From: Mytilus californianus
Taxonomy: Eukaryota
DNA: 64,000 bases
NCBI RefSeq assembly: GCF_021869535.1
Contig: NW_026262745.1
Coordinates: forward strand, 10,726,001-10,790,000
Direction of reading: 5' to 3'
The notes under the pieces were generated by a model that was not told the origin of the DNA, made no database searches, and worked only from the letters and a program-made list of their open reading frames with translations. Made by a program: the position numbers and the translations under genes. Below are positions 52,496-64,000 of this stretch, in pieces. Positions within the stretch are counted from its first letter, which is position 1, and each line of letters starts with the position of its first letter.

Positions 52496-55400
52496 TACAA
52501 AGTACATATCAACCTGTAAAAGGGTGTGCCATATTGTAAAGTTTCAATAATATCCATGATGTACCAAGATATTGTTATTAAACCTTAAATAATTATACCC
52601 CTATTCTGAAGACATAGCTTAGAGATGATAGTTGCAAATTCAATTTCAAATTGAAATTTTCAACAAAAAATTCTCTGGATTATAAAGTTTGAAATCCTCA
52701 CATATATCTACATATAATTATGAAATATGAATGTTCATTCTTTGAAATCTGAAAAACATAAAATAATACAAATCAACCTTAAAATGGTCTCTATTTGTTT
52801 CTTAGCAAATTTGATTCCAATAGCTACTATTTTCTTTTAGTAACAATTTGAAAAATGAATTGATAACTTGCAGAACATTAGTTAAGTATTAAAATTAATT
52901 TCTTCTATAACTAAATGTATAATAGGGCAGTAAGTTTTATGTTCAATCAAAAAATTTAATTGTTTCCATAATTGCCAGCACTTTGCAAGATATCACATGA
53001 GAGTAAAAGATCTTGACATATGGAATACCGTTACAGTTTAGTATTTCTAAGAGATTTTAAATGCTCTTTGTTGATAATGAGATATTTTAAAATGAGTAAT
53101 TTAATAATACTGCTTTATTCTAAATTGCCCTGAACTTGTTAACAAAACAGCACTAGAATAAAGAATGACTACTAAAATCTTTTATAAATTTTCTCAGTCT
53201 TCTAACTGTTTTTGAGAATTTCTAATTACATTTCTAAAATACATACAAGAAAATTAAAAGCTAACTTGTTAAGTTGGTAATGTTTGATTAAGACAGATTT
53301 TTAAAGTATAAAATGGTTTCATAAACTGTCAAAAAACATCTTGTGAAGAAAATTACATTTGTGTGGTGTTTACTTTTATCTTTAAATCAAAAAGATTTTC
53401 TGTCAATAGAAGTTCAAAATGAGTTCACTTTATTCAGATATAAAGTATATTTGCATATATGTTAAGCTTCTTTCTGACTTAACAAAGATCAAATGTAAGT
53501 ACTCTAAGGTCACTATCCTATAAACTTTTGATTTTCAGGTATCCTGATAGCCTCCCTTTCATCAGTGTTAAAGAAAACTGAAATAATTATAAAATTCAAT
53601 GAAAATCAAGTTGGCACATAGATATCCTTTGCTCAGTCCTACAACTATGCCCAAGAATTTGCATCAAAATGATGTTGGATGGAAAATCAGCTTATCACCA
53701 ACACCACTTAGGAAACACAAAATTTTCAAATAAATTTGTCACTCTGTAGGGTTTGGATGCAAGACTGTTGCTGGTTTTCATTCTAGAAGCACTTGAAATT
53801 TAGTTTTACTCTGGGTGAGTTAACGCTTGACATTTTTGTACTAACAACAGTCTGACGTCAAGACTGTATGTAGATCTCTTGATGGTTCTTGGTTATTTGT
53901 GTCACTAGGTTGCTGTTTCAATTACTTAAGTTCACAGAAGGAAAAAAAAATCGAAAAATATAGGCCCCTAGCTATGACTAGCATTTTCTACCTAAAATTG
54001 ATGTGCCTCTTGCGTCATTACACTATATGCATATGTTTTATAACTATAATGACCCATTTGTATTCATTATAAAAAGAAATGATCATTCATATTTTCCGTC
54101 ATAATTCAGTAAGAATTTATATATCGTATCTGTCTTGTTCTTTCCATCAAACACACACACATATCATGTGCATCTCTACAGTGGGTATTAAACTTACATT
54201 CTACCCTATATGCAGTAATATTAGTTTCACTTGAAATGGTACATGATTTTCAGACGATATTTCTTGTATGGTACATAATAATAAAATTGTTGAGAAAAAG
54301 TTTAAATCCGTCATCTAAATATATGCATCTTGCCTGGTCTTGAAATTATGTAATGATAAAAAAAATCATCAAAACCCTCATAATTCAAGTCTCATTACCA
54401 ATTTTGTTTATGTTCCAAACAACATAAATAATTTGAATGGTTTACGGGAGATAACTCCATTTTTTTTGTTGAAAAAAAATCTTCAATTGCTTTAACATGA
54501 AATCTATTGTAAACCTAAGGTCATCAAACTAATAGTGCAATACACTTTATATGTTAAACAAGCAGTAACAAAAATGTAACATTAGAATATATTATAGACA
54601 GAAGCAATCAATCTCATTTTAACAATAATTTATACAACATTCTTGAGCTGGGCTGAAATGAAACATTTGTGATGTAATTTCAATCAAGAGAATTTTTATC
54701 TGCATGGTCAGTGACACAGTCTTTATCCTAAATTCTTGTTGTTTTTTAAACTATCGAGTAAGTAATTATTTGGAAAACTTGTACCGGTACATTATTTTAA
54801 TGCAGTGATTTTAGGAAATTGGAAAAAAGAGGATATATGGTTACAGAGTACAATGTTCTAAATAAAGTTACACGGGCACACCCATTCGTGAAAAGAACAT
54901 GTCAGAGAAAAAACAAATAGCTGGCTATGGTTGATTGGAAGTGATGTCATTTGCATATTTTTCTCCTGGAAAGCATTATGAATAAAGTTTCCCACAAGCA
55001 CAACTTTGTCCACAAAGTATATTTTGGAGACTTTGTTATTTTGATTAAAATTTTGGGAAATTTCTTCATAATTGCAAGGTATAGTAAAGAAAAACCCACA
55101 AAAATCACCAAGAAAAGCTATTGGATTTTATATTTTTTAAGTGTGTTAAAATCTTAAATAGATATTGCACTCCTATTAAACAACAGCAGTCATTCAATAA
55201 ATAATTTATCTAAAGAGCCATTCAAGAAAGTATTTCCTAAAAATAGCATTGTCCCCAATGGGGCCAACATTTTGCACTTAAATGCATTCTTTTCATATTG
55301 GAGACATGAATGTGTTAGGCTCTGATCCTGTCCATAACATGATAGTATTATATTAGGTTGTTGGTTTTTTTTTCCAATCATATCTTGCATAATATTGTTG

Positions 55401-56656
55401 TAAAATGATGCCCTTTATGGGTTCTTGATTAGATCAATAAAATTTTTATCTTATTCTTATTGGAGACACTGGTTCCATAATATGTTCAAAGGGAAACAAC
55501 TCAATATTACCCAATATCTTACAATATCTTATAAACCTATTGCTCAAAATAATGTAGGTATATATTTTGTAACAGCTTGTTTCACAAAAAATATTTTAAT
55601 TAAAATTGATGAAAAGTTATAACGAATTGTTCATGAGTTTTGAGGTTTTTTTTCTTGAAAGAATTTTTGTGACAACAGTCACAGAGAATATCAAAATCTA
55701 AGAATCTTAGCAATGTTATAAATATACCTAAAATCTTAAATGATATTGTTACTGGTGTACTATGAACATATAAAATAAAGGCAAATGAGAAATAAACTAA
55801 GATGGCAAAAATTAACATTACGTCCTTATTGCCATCAAATCTGCAAGAATTGAAAGATGTGTCATGAAGGTTACTGAAATATTTGGTATTACATTTTAAA
55901 AGGGTTATTGTACTAATATTTAAGAATATTGTCCAGAGCAGTTTATCACACATGCCCAAGTATATGGTTAACTTGAACTATTGGTCTTTGTGTGATGTTT
56001 TTAATCAGATTGAGAGATGTTGAGATGCACAATGTTTTAACAAATGACCATCTGGTAAAGGTATTTTCTACATTTGGGTTTTTTATGTGACTAGTGTGGT
56101 GGGAAGTCAAAGACTCTTCCACTTCAGCAGCTATCTTTCTTTGTAGGTGAAAAGGAAGCCAAGGGCCTAAGTATTTCCTGCCAGTACATAGCCTCTGCAT
56201 TATCAAGACTTCTACAATGCCTGTTCATGACAGCAGACATTAATAACAAAGGTCCAGCAGCATAGGCAAATTGGTAGAAGATCTAGGAGTAGCAAGAAAC
56301 CTAGAGATGAAGAGTGTACCGGTAGGCGTAATTTTGTCTGGACATGCCCAGGCACTTATCAAAGAGAGGTGAAAGATACCTTTGGTGTAAAAGATGGCAC
56401 GATGAAGGTTGTCAGTCAGTAGATATAATACATTGTGGAAAAGAAAAATCTTATATAGAATCAAAGGTGGTAGAAATCCTGATAACAGAATTCTATTGCT
56501 CTCAAACTTTAAGATTGAGAGGCAGTCCAACAGCCTGTCTGTGTAAAAACAAAATGCTACAGCAACTGTGAGCCATATCCAACACACAGTACTAACAGGA
56601 GTTGTGAGTTGTAAGTTTTTAAGGTGATATCTTGTGTATGCTATGACAAAACTTAC

Positions 56657-56726
56657 CAATCCAGCCAATGGTGTGGGCAGCTTGTTGATCCTTTTAACTG
56701 ACCCTGTCTTTAAATTGTTCAACAAC
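56657..56726 (-). CDS. LMO7: LMO7-like exon B (CH domain), LLNNLKTGSVKRINKLPTPLAGL
   Basis: ttgaag acceptor, gtaagt donor, 70 nt, phase 2 to 0, in frame with exon A. Equals the start of ORF 56240..56725. Confidence 0.9.
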
Positions 56727-58228
56727 CTTCAAGTAAACAAGCAATGCTCATAATTTATAAATGTTTTTTCAAAAAATATAATTCTGTTTCTCACAATATG
56801 AATTACACCTTAAAGTTTGAACCTCTCACATGCTATTTGGTAATTTGCATATTATAGGCATGTGGCTGTAAGTATGACTACTATATAAACATTTCCATTG
56901 ACATAAAATGATAGCCTGTATTATGTTATTACCTTATTATGTATAACATGAGATTAAGGGTTATAATACACATATGAGACAGCAACTGTATTGTGTAGTA
57001 TGTGCAGTCATCCATGACATACCCATTCAAAATTGTCCATTGCATCTTATCAGTTTATGTCAATGAATCATACTTTTGTATTTCTTTAGAAGGCAGTATT
57101 TGACATTTGAGAATAATGATACCATTACAGAATATTATTATAAAGTCATGTTTGATATCACTTTCATATAGGTCAGATTATGAGGACTATAAGTACTAAT
57201 TTTTGCACCTTTTGTTAGCGGTATACCATCTTTTCCGCAAAATTATTGTTTTCTGTTTGGTATTAAATTTATACTTTTAAAAGATCCATTTTGTAACATC
57301 TTGTGATATGTTTATTTGGCAATCGCCAATGGCAGTCAGCAGGGTTTAAGAACATCTGTTGTTCGACCTGTTAGTCAAATGCGTTTTGTTAAAATATACT
57401 TTTTCACTTTTTTGGTCTTTTGGAGAATGTTGTTTGTGCTGTAATTAGACCCCTCTATCAAGAAATTTGTTTTGCATACACACGTATAAAAATTGCAGTT
57501 TTTATCCAACGCAATCATAGGTTTGAACGTTGTTTTCAATTTAGACTTCATTGTACATATATATGTATATATATGAAACATATTTTCCCAAAATATACAA
57601 CATGTATATTTATATACCTTTTCAAAGTTTGCAAAGAGAATTAAAATATAACTGAAGCATTGATTATAAATATATATTTTTTTAGCTCCATCTGGGTCTA
57701 ATGTTCATTAATAGAACTGATTCCCTAAATTCATGTAATCTTCTGTAATTCTGACATGTGCAGTTGTATTGGAACCATTCACTCCTGAATTTTATTTTTT
57801 CGCAGGATTCCCTGGCCGAAATTTTATTTGCACTAGCCATTTGCCTGACCGGAATTTATTAAAATTGTGCCACAGCAAAAACAACCTCATAGTTTTGATC
57901 ATTGAAATCTCAGAAACAGGTAGCAAAATTATGCAGTCAAACTTTGATCAAATGTAGATAAATAACACTATGCTCAGGGAAGACCATATGATATGCCACC
58001 TATTTTAACAAACATACTGGATACTGAGGACTTCAAAGTACAGTGAAGATTTTAGTCAGTCTCTTACACTAACTTTTATGAACTATGAAGTATTTTTAGA
58101 CTTATCAGTAAAAGCAGAGAAATCATGACAACTACCCACAAATACTGGCCAAAATTCTGTATGTTGGAACTTCTTTTACCTACCAAAAATATATACCTTA
58201 TTTTCTAAAGTATATAAGTGACACTTAC

Positions 58229-58302
58229 TCACACAACAGTACCCCATTCTCTAAGGATTTCCTAAAATCATCTGGGTATTGGAATTTCTTTCTTGTCACA
58301 GC
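58229..58302 (-). CDS. LMO7: LMO7/LIMCH1-like exon A (CH domain start), AVTRKKFQYPDDFRKSLENGVLLC(E)
   Basis: Read manually: tcttgcag acceptor, gtaagt donor, 74 nt, phase 0 to 2. FRxSLENGVLLCE is the typical LMO7/calponin-type CH motif. The upstream exon was not found in the window. Confidence 0.9.
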
Positions 58303-59399
58303 CTGCAAGACAAAAAAATTAATGAGTTTGAGTTATCTCCCTTTTACAGAGAAAAATATCACGAATGAATGATTAGGTTTTATTTTGCTGACTGTACTAA
58401 TATCTTTGGAATAAATGTTAGGAAGAACCACCTAACAAAATTTCTTTTATTCATTAAGTTTTATTTAACATACAAGTATTTAAAAGATTCAAAGGGGTTG
58501 GAAAAATAATGCCAACTTATTGGTGATTGGATACTGTAACACAAATTTGATTTTCTATATGGCTGAATAATTGGACATTCTTTGCTTTTCAAATTTTAAT
58601 TTAATACAAGATGACACAATATTGATATATACAAATTGAATATAAATATACAAAAAAATTATTAAATCACAAACCAATTATAATTGATTATACAGGGTAA
58701 AGAATCAACCAAAACATCTGGTGTCATATTAGCATACTAAACAAATATATATACTGACATTTAATAGAACTATCTACATTTGTCACCTATATGATGTTCT
58801 ATGACAAATGACAACAGTAAATTGATTGATAATTGACAACTTTACATGGCCACCTCTATGCATATTTATATTATATATGAATAAAAGGAACTAAACTGTA
58901 ATAAAATATGAGACAGCATTCCAAAAACACAAAAATGACCCAAAGATATATAGGGGTCAAAATTACTGTCTTCCACAATAGACAAATATCTATACAAAAG
59001 GTAAAGCTCTAAATCGACCCATATGTCTACAAAAATTCAAAGTTTTTTAACAGCTAAAATCAAAGTTCTGCCATCAACACCAAATTCCCTAAAGGAGTCA
59101 GGACAAATGACAAGCTTCCTGACTGTAGACAAGCACATGAACAATTTTGTTGCGGTTAAAGTTGTTTAGAGTAATTAAATCTAAAATCCTTTTTTATATA
59201 TATTTAATCACAATCTGTAATATGTTTATTATCTGTGTTTTGTTGGTCAATTAAGACTGAGCTGATATGATTATTTGATTGGTTGACTGTTGGTTGCTTA
59301 GCCAACTTAGTGGCAAATATTTAATGACTGTCCACATAGTAAGACTAATATAATACCACCTGTAAATGCATTTTTAAATTGCTGCTGTGAAATTAAGTA

Positions 59400-60443
59400 T
59401 TTAAGTAAGGACACTTTGAGATATTTGGCTTTTTGATCATTCAATGTTAAAGGTCAATCAACATTTTTGGGGTCAACAGTCAAAGCTTCAAAGATCTAAT
59501 CATCTAACCTTACTGACAAATCACCTTCCCATAATGCATCTGCAGACTTAGTTTGGCTTAGTTTAGTTACCATAAGTTATCCAGAGAACAGTAATATGCC
59601 CCAAACACAAATAACTATCATAGTGGTCAAGGGTCAAGGTCAATATCAAAATGACCTGATTCTGGTATTTGATAGATCTGATCCCATGATGCTTCTGAAT
59701 ACAATTGTCAACTAAGTGCTATAGCATAAAAGTATTGCAATGTTCACAAATCAGACAGTGTTTTACTATCATAAAGGTGGAAATCAAGGTCAGTATGATG
59801 TTTCTGCATACAGTTTTTTCAATCTTAGTGCTACGGTACAAAAGTTATGCACCAAACACAAATCAAACAATGTTTTACTATCATAAGGGTTACAGGTCAA
59901 AATCAAGGTCAGAGTGACCTGACTTTGATATAAGACACACCTTCATCCCATAATGTATTAACATACCAAGTTTGGTAAACATAACTATTAAGTTCTATAG
60001 TTCAAAAGTTATATGCAAGACACAAATCATTTTTACACAAGGTTTCACTATCATGTAAGTCAGAGGTCAGAGTGACCTGACGTTTGGTTTACAGACACAC
60101 CCCAGCCCATGATGATACTGAATACCAAGTTTGGTTAACTTAAGTTTTAAAGTACCAAAGTATTGAGCCAGACACAAATTGGACAAGGATTTACTTAATT
60201 AGGGGTCAAATGTCAAAGTCAAGGTCAGAGTGACCTGACTTTAGTGTCACCCCAGCCCATGATGCATCTGCATACCATGTTTAATCAACCTGAGTTCAAT
60301 GGTACAAAAGTTATTTGGCGAACCCAAAGCAGTATGGACGGAAGGAAGAACAGACAGACAGACAAGTTGATTGCTATATCCCTCCAAAAGTTGGTTTTAA
60401 GTGGTATGATAAGCCCTAAAAGAGCCACTTGGTGAGCTAAAAA
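59400..60443. mobile_element. Degenerate HINE with ~158-160 bp monomers
   Basis: aaggtcagagtgacctgact-type motif recurs at about 59905, 60063 and 60223. GACA microsatellite and ggtgagctaaaaa end. Confidence 0.6.
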
Positions 60444-61055
60444 TCTTATCCTGCCTTTCACTCACAGATCTTTATATACCATTGATATAAAAAAAGATAT
60501 TATTCTTACTAAATTCTCATAAACCACAAAATCATCAATTATTTAAAGAATTCAAGATATTCCATTCATATCCAGCATCTAATCACATTAGCTACATTTA
60601 GGTAACATATAAATATTCTTATGAATAAATTCTTTTCATTCAGACTTTCATTAGTTGTAATGTAGTACTTGAATCAATATGTTTTATTCATTTGCACATT
60701 AGTTTTAATTGCCTGTGCATGTTTTTTACATCATCATATGATGCATAGATCAGCACCAAACTTTTCTACTTGTAATTTATTGAAGCTGCATTTTACAACA
60801 TTAATTCCCTCTGCTGCAGTTCTGGCAAAGTGTATGCTATTGTAAATATTGTTGTGAACAAAAATATATATTTGCCTTTGTAAAACTAATGTAAATAAAG
60901 CAAAAACCACAGGCTTTTCCAATGAATGCAAAGTTAAACAAAAAACGAAACATTTTGTAACCCTGCAAAGAATGAAATTTGTGTCTGATACAATATACCA
61001 GATGTAGTTTCTTATAAAATATTTAAACCAATGGCCATTTTAATTTCATTATAAA

Positions 61056-62960
61056 AACAAGGAGATGTAAAATCATAGCCAATGAGACATATTCCACCAA
61101 ATACCAAATGACAAAGATTTAATTGCCAATGAGATATTCCACCAGCGATCAAAGGATAAAGGATGTAATTGTCAATGAGATATTCCTCGAGAGACCAAAG
61201 GACAAGGTTGTAACGCCAATGAGATATTCCACCAGAGACAAAAATACAAGGATGTAATTGCCAATGAGATGTTCCACCAGAGACCAAAAGACAAGAATGT
61301 ACTTGTCAATGAGATATTCCACCAGAGACCAAAAGACAAGGATGTAATTGTCAATGAGAATTTCCACCAGAGACCAAAAGACAAGGATGCAATTGCCAAT
61401 GAGATATTCCACCAGAGACCAAAAGACAAGGATGTAATTACCAATGAGATATTCCACCAGAGACCAAAAGATAAGGATGTAATTGCCAATGAGATATTCC
61501 ACCAGAGACCAAAAGACAAGGATGTAATTACCAATGAGATATTCCACCAGAGACAAAAGGACAAGGATGTTATTGTCATTGAGATATTCCATCAGAGACC
61601 AAATGACAAGGATGAAATTGTCAATGAGATATTCTACCAGAGACCAAATGACAATGGTGGAATTGTCAATGAGATATTCCACCAGAGACCAAATGACAAG
61701 GATGTAATTGCCAATGAGATATTCCACCAGAGACCAAAGGAAAGGATGTAATTGCCAATGAGATATTCCACCAGAGACCAAATGACAAGGATGTTATTGC
61801 CAATGAGAAATTCTACCAGAGACCAAAAGACAAGGATGTAATTGTCAATGATATATTCCACCAGAGACCAAATGACAAGGGTGTAATTGTCAATGAGATA
61901 TTGCACCAGAGACCAAAAGACAATGATGTAATTGTCAATGAGATATTCCATCAGAGACCAAAGGACAATTAGTAATTGTCATTGAGATATTCCATCAGAG
62001 ACCAAAAGACAAGGATGTAATTGCCAATGAGATATTCCATCAGAGACCAAAGGACAATGATGTAATTGCCAATGAGATATTTCATCAGAGACCAAAGGAC
62101 AAGGATGTTATTGCCAATGAGATATTTCACCAGAGACCAAAAGATAAGGATGTAATTGCCAATGAGATATTCCACCAGAGACCAAAGGACAAGGTTGTAA
62201 TTGCCAATAAGATATTCTACCAGAAACCAAAAGACATGGATGTATAGTCATTGCCAATGAGATATTCCATCAGAGACCAAAAGACAAGGATGTAATTGCC
62301 AATGAGATATTCCATCAGAGACCAAAGGACGAGAATGTAATTGCCACTGAGATATTCCACCAGAGACCAAAAGACAAGGATGTAATTGCCAATGAGATAT
62401 TCCATCAGAGACCAAAAGACAAGAATGTAATTGCCAATGAGATATTCCACCAGAGACCAAAAAACAAGGATGTAATTGCCAATGAGATATTCCACCAGAA
62501 ACCAAAGGACAATGATGTAATTGCCAATTAGATATTCCACCAGAGACCAAAGGACAATGATGTAATTGCCAATGAGATATTCCATCAGAGACCAAAGGAC
62601 AAGAATGTAATTGCCAATGAGATATTCCACCAGAGACCAAAAGACAAGGATGTAATTGCCAATGAGATATTCCATCAGAGACCAAAGGACAAAAATGTAA
62701 TTGCCAATGAGATATTCCACCAGAGACCAAAGGACAATGATGTAATTGCCAATGAGATATTCCACCGGAGACCAAATGACAAGGATGTTATTGCCAATGA
62801 GAAATTCTACCAGAGACCAAAGGACAATGATGTAATTGCCAATGAGATATTCCACCAGAGACCAAAGGACAAGGATGTAGTTACCAATGAGATATTCTAC
62901 CAGAGACCAAAAGACAAGGATGTATATTAATTGCCAATGAGATATTCCACCAGCAACCAA
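61056..62960. repeat. Minisatellite of about 42 units of 45 bp (gccaatgagatattccaccagagaccaaaagacaaggatgtaatt)
   Basis: The periodicity is read directly. It accounts for the periodic ORFs between about 61149 and 63053. Confidence 0.95.
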
Positions 62961-63856
62961 AGGATTTTTAAAAACAACTAAAGACCACCATACAGCCTTC
63001 AAAAATGACCCAAACATCCATTCTGTAAAATAATCAATAAAAGGTCCCAGCATGACATAACATTTACATGATATTGCATGTATGTAGTAGTAGAAATAGT
63101 CATGACACCATCAGAAATGTTAAAGGTCTAATGGTTTCATTTACATTTTACACTTAACTTGCTCTCCATTCATTGCAAGTTATTAGTCTCATTGTTACCA
63201 TGTACATGATATAGAGAAATTTTCAGTAGTATGTAAATCATTAATGTGATCAAATACTGAACATTTATGATCTCTCTATACAGTAAGCAGCTGGGCCTGT
63301 ATTTTAATCATGTTAATCATATATCCTGAAATGCTTCTGTACATACATGACTTGTCCTAAATAAGTATAAAATACATGCAATTGGACCTTTCAGTAAACA
63401 ACAATCAATAACATACATGATATTGCTATTTGCCTTTGACTTGCTAAACATCATCAATGGGCTTTAAGCACTAGAAATGTAAGATGTCATGATGTGTATT
63501 AATTGAACTAAGAATATAGATGATATAAAATAAGTAGGTATTGACATATAGGTTCCAATATGATCCAATGAAATAGTCAAATTTATTTGTGAAAAGCTGG
63601 AATAATTTGATAATGATAATCTAATAATAGTCTCGAGAATCTGAGGAATCCCCAAGGGATGTTTAATATCCACCAGGTAATATTTTAACATCCAGGACAA
63701 GAACATACTAATTTATCAATATGAAAATAAATTCTGCTATGAACAAGATGTATATGCTTAGTTGTCATTTCAACATGCTAGCTCAAATGGTGATAGTCCC
63801 AAGGAAAAACAGTTTTTCTTACCAAGACAAAAAATGCTGGTTCACAACCAACAATA

Positions 63857-64000
63857 TAAAAACATTAAGATGTGGTATGATTGCCAATGAGACAACTCTC
63901 CACAACAAAGACCAAATCACGTAAAAGTTAACAACTATAGCTCACTGTACAGCCTTCAACAATGACAAATGTAAAACAATTCAAATGATAAAACTAATGG
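63857..64000 (-). repeat. Retro-tail repeat copy running off the window end
   Basis: agatgtggtatgattgccaatgagacaactctccac. Shorter or decayed copies also at about 2085-2185, 5880-5978, 12710-12790, 17270-17350, 29258-29410 and 47300-47400. Confidence 0.75.

Noticed and set aside
56240-56656. ORF 56240..56725 as a 161-aa gene
   Set aside because: Only the first 23 codons are the CH exon. A consensus gtaagt donor follows and the rest is intron read-through.
8228-60931. The many 60-120 aa ORFs in the track not assigned above
   Set aside because: They have F/I/L/K/Y-rich composition typical of AT-rich non-coding DNA or repeats, no domains, and no consistent splice partners. No nested plus-strand gene could be assembled.
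61056-62960. CRISPR-like appearance and long ORFs (up to 278 aa) in the 45-bp array
   Set aside because: There are no unique spacers, only point variants, and no cas genes. The unit is a multiple of 3 and lacks tta, cta and tca, so all three minus frames and one plus frame are stop-free by construction. There is no splice or start context.

Overview
AT-rich animal genomic DNA, probably from a bivalve mollusc. The repeat families look Mytilus-like; that is recognition from memory, not a database result. Almost the whole window is the body of one minus-strand LMO7/LIMCH1-family gene. I reconstructed ten GT-AG exons with mutually compatible phases from 58302 down to 6117 (1984 nt, about 661 codons). 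They encode a calponin-homology (CH) domain, a Ser-rich region, a DUF4757-like segment and a PDZ domain. The first exon and the LIM-coding 3' exons were not found in the window. The introns contain a decayed THAP + HTH + DDE_Tnp_4 transposase gene (PIF/Harbinger superfamily, ISL2EU-like), several Helentron-associated non-autonomous elements with 147-163 bp internal arrays, two tRNA-derived SINEs, MITEs and many copies of one retroelement-like 3' tail. There is also a ~1.9 kb array of 45-bp units derived from that tail. I found no CRISPR, rRNA, tRNA gene or prokaryote-type system, and most ORF-track entries are chance or repeat-derived. The best leads are the repeat-terminus-derived 45-bp array, a possible in-frame gene trap of LMO7 by the intronic transposon, four LATS/NDR-type HxRxxS motifs in one exon, and signs of an internal promoter or enhancer in the 19.5-kb intron.
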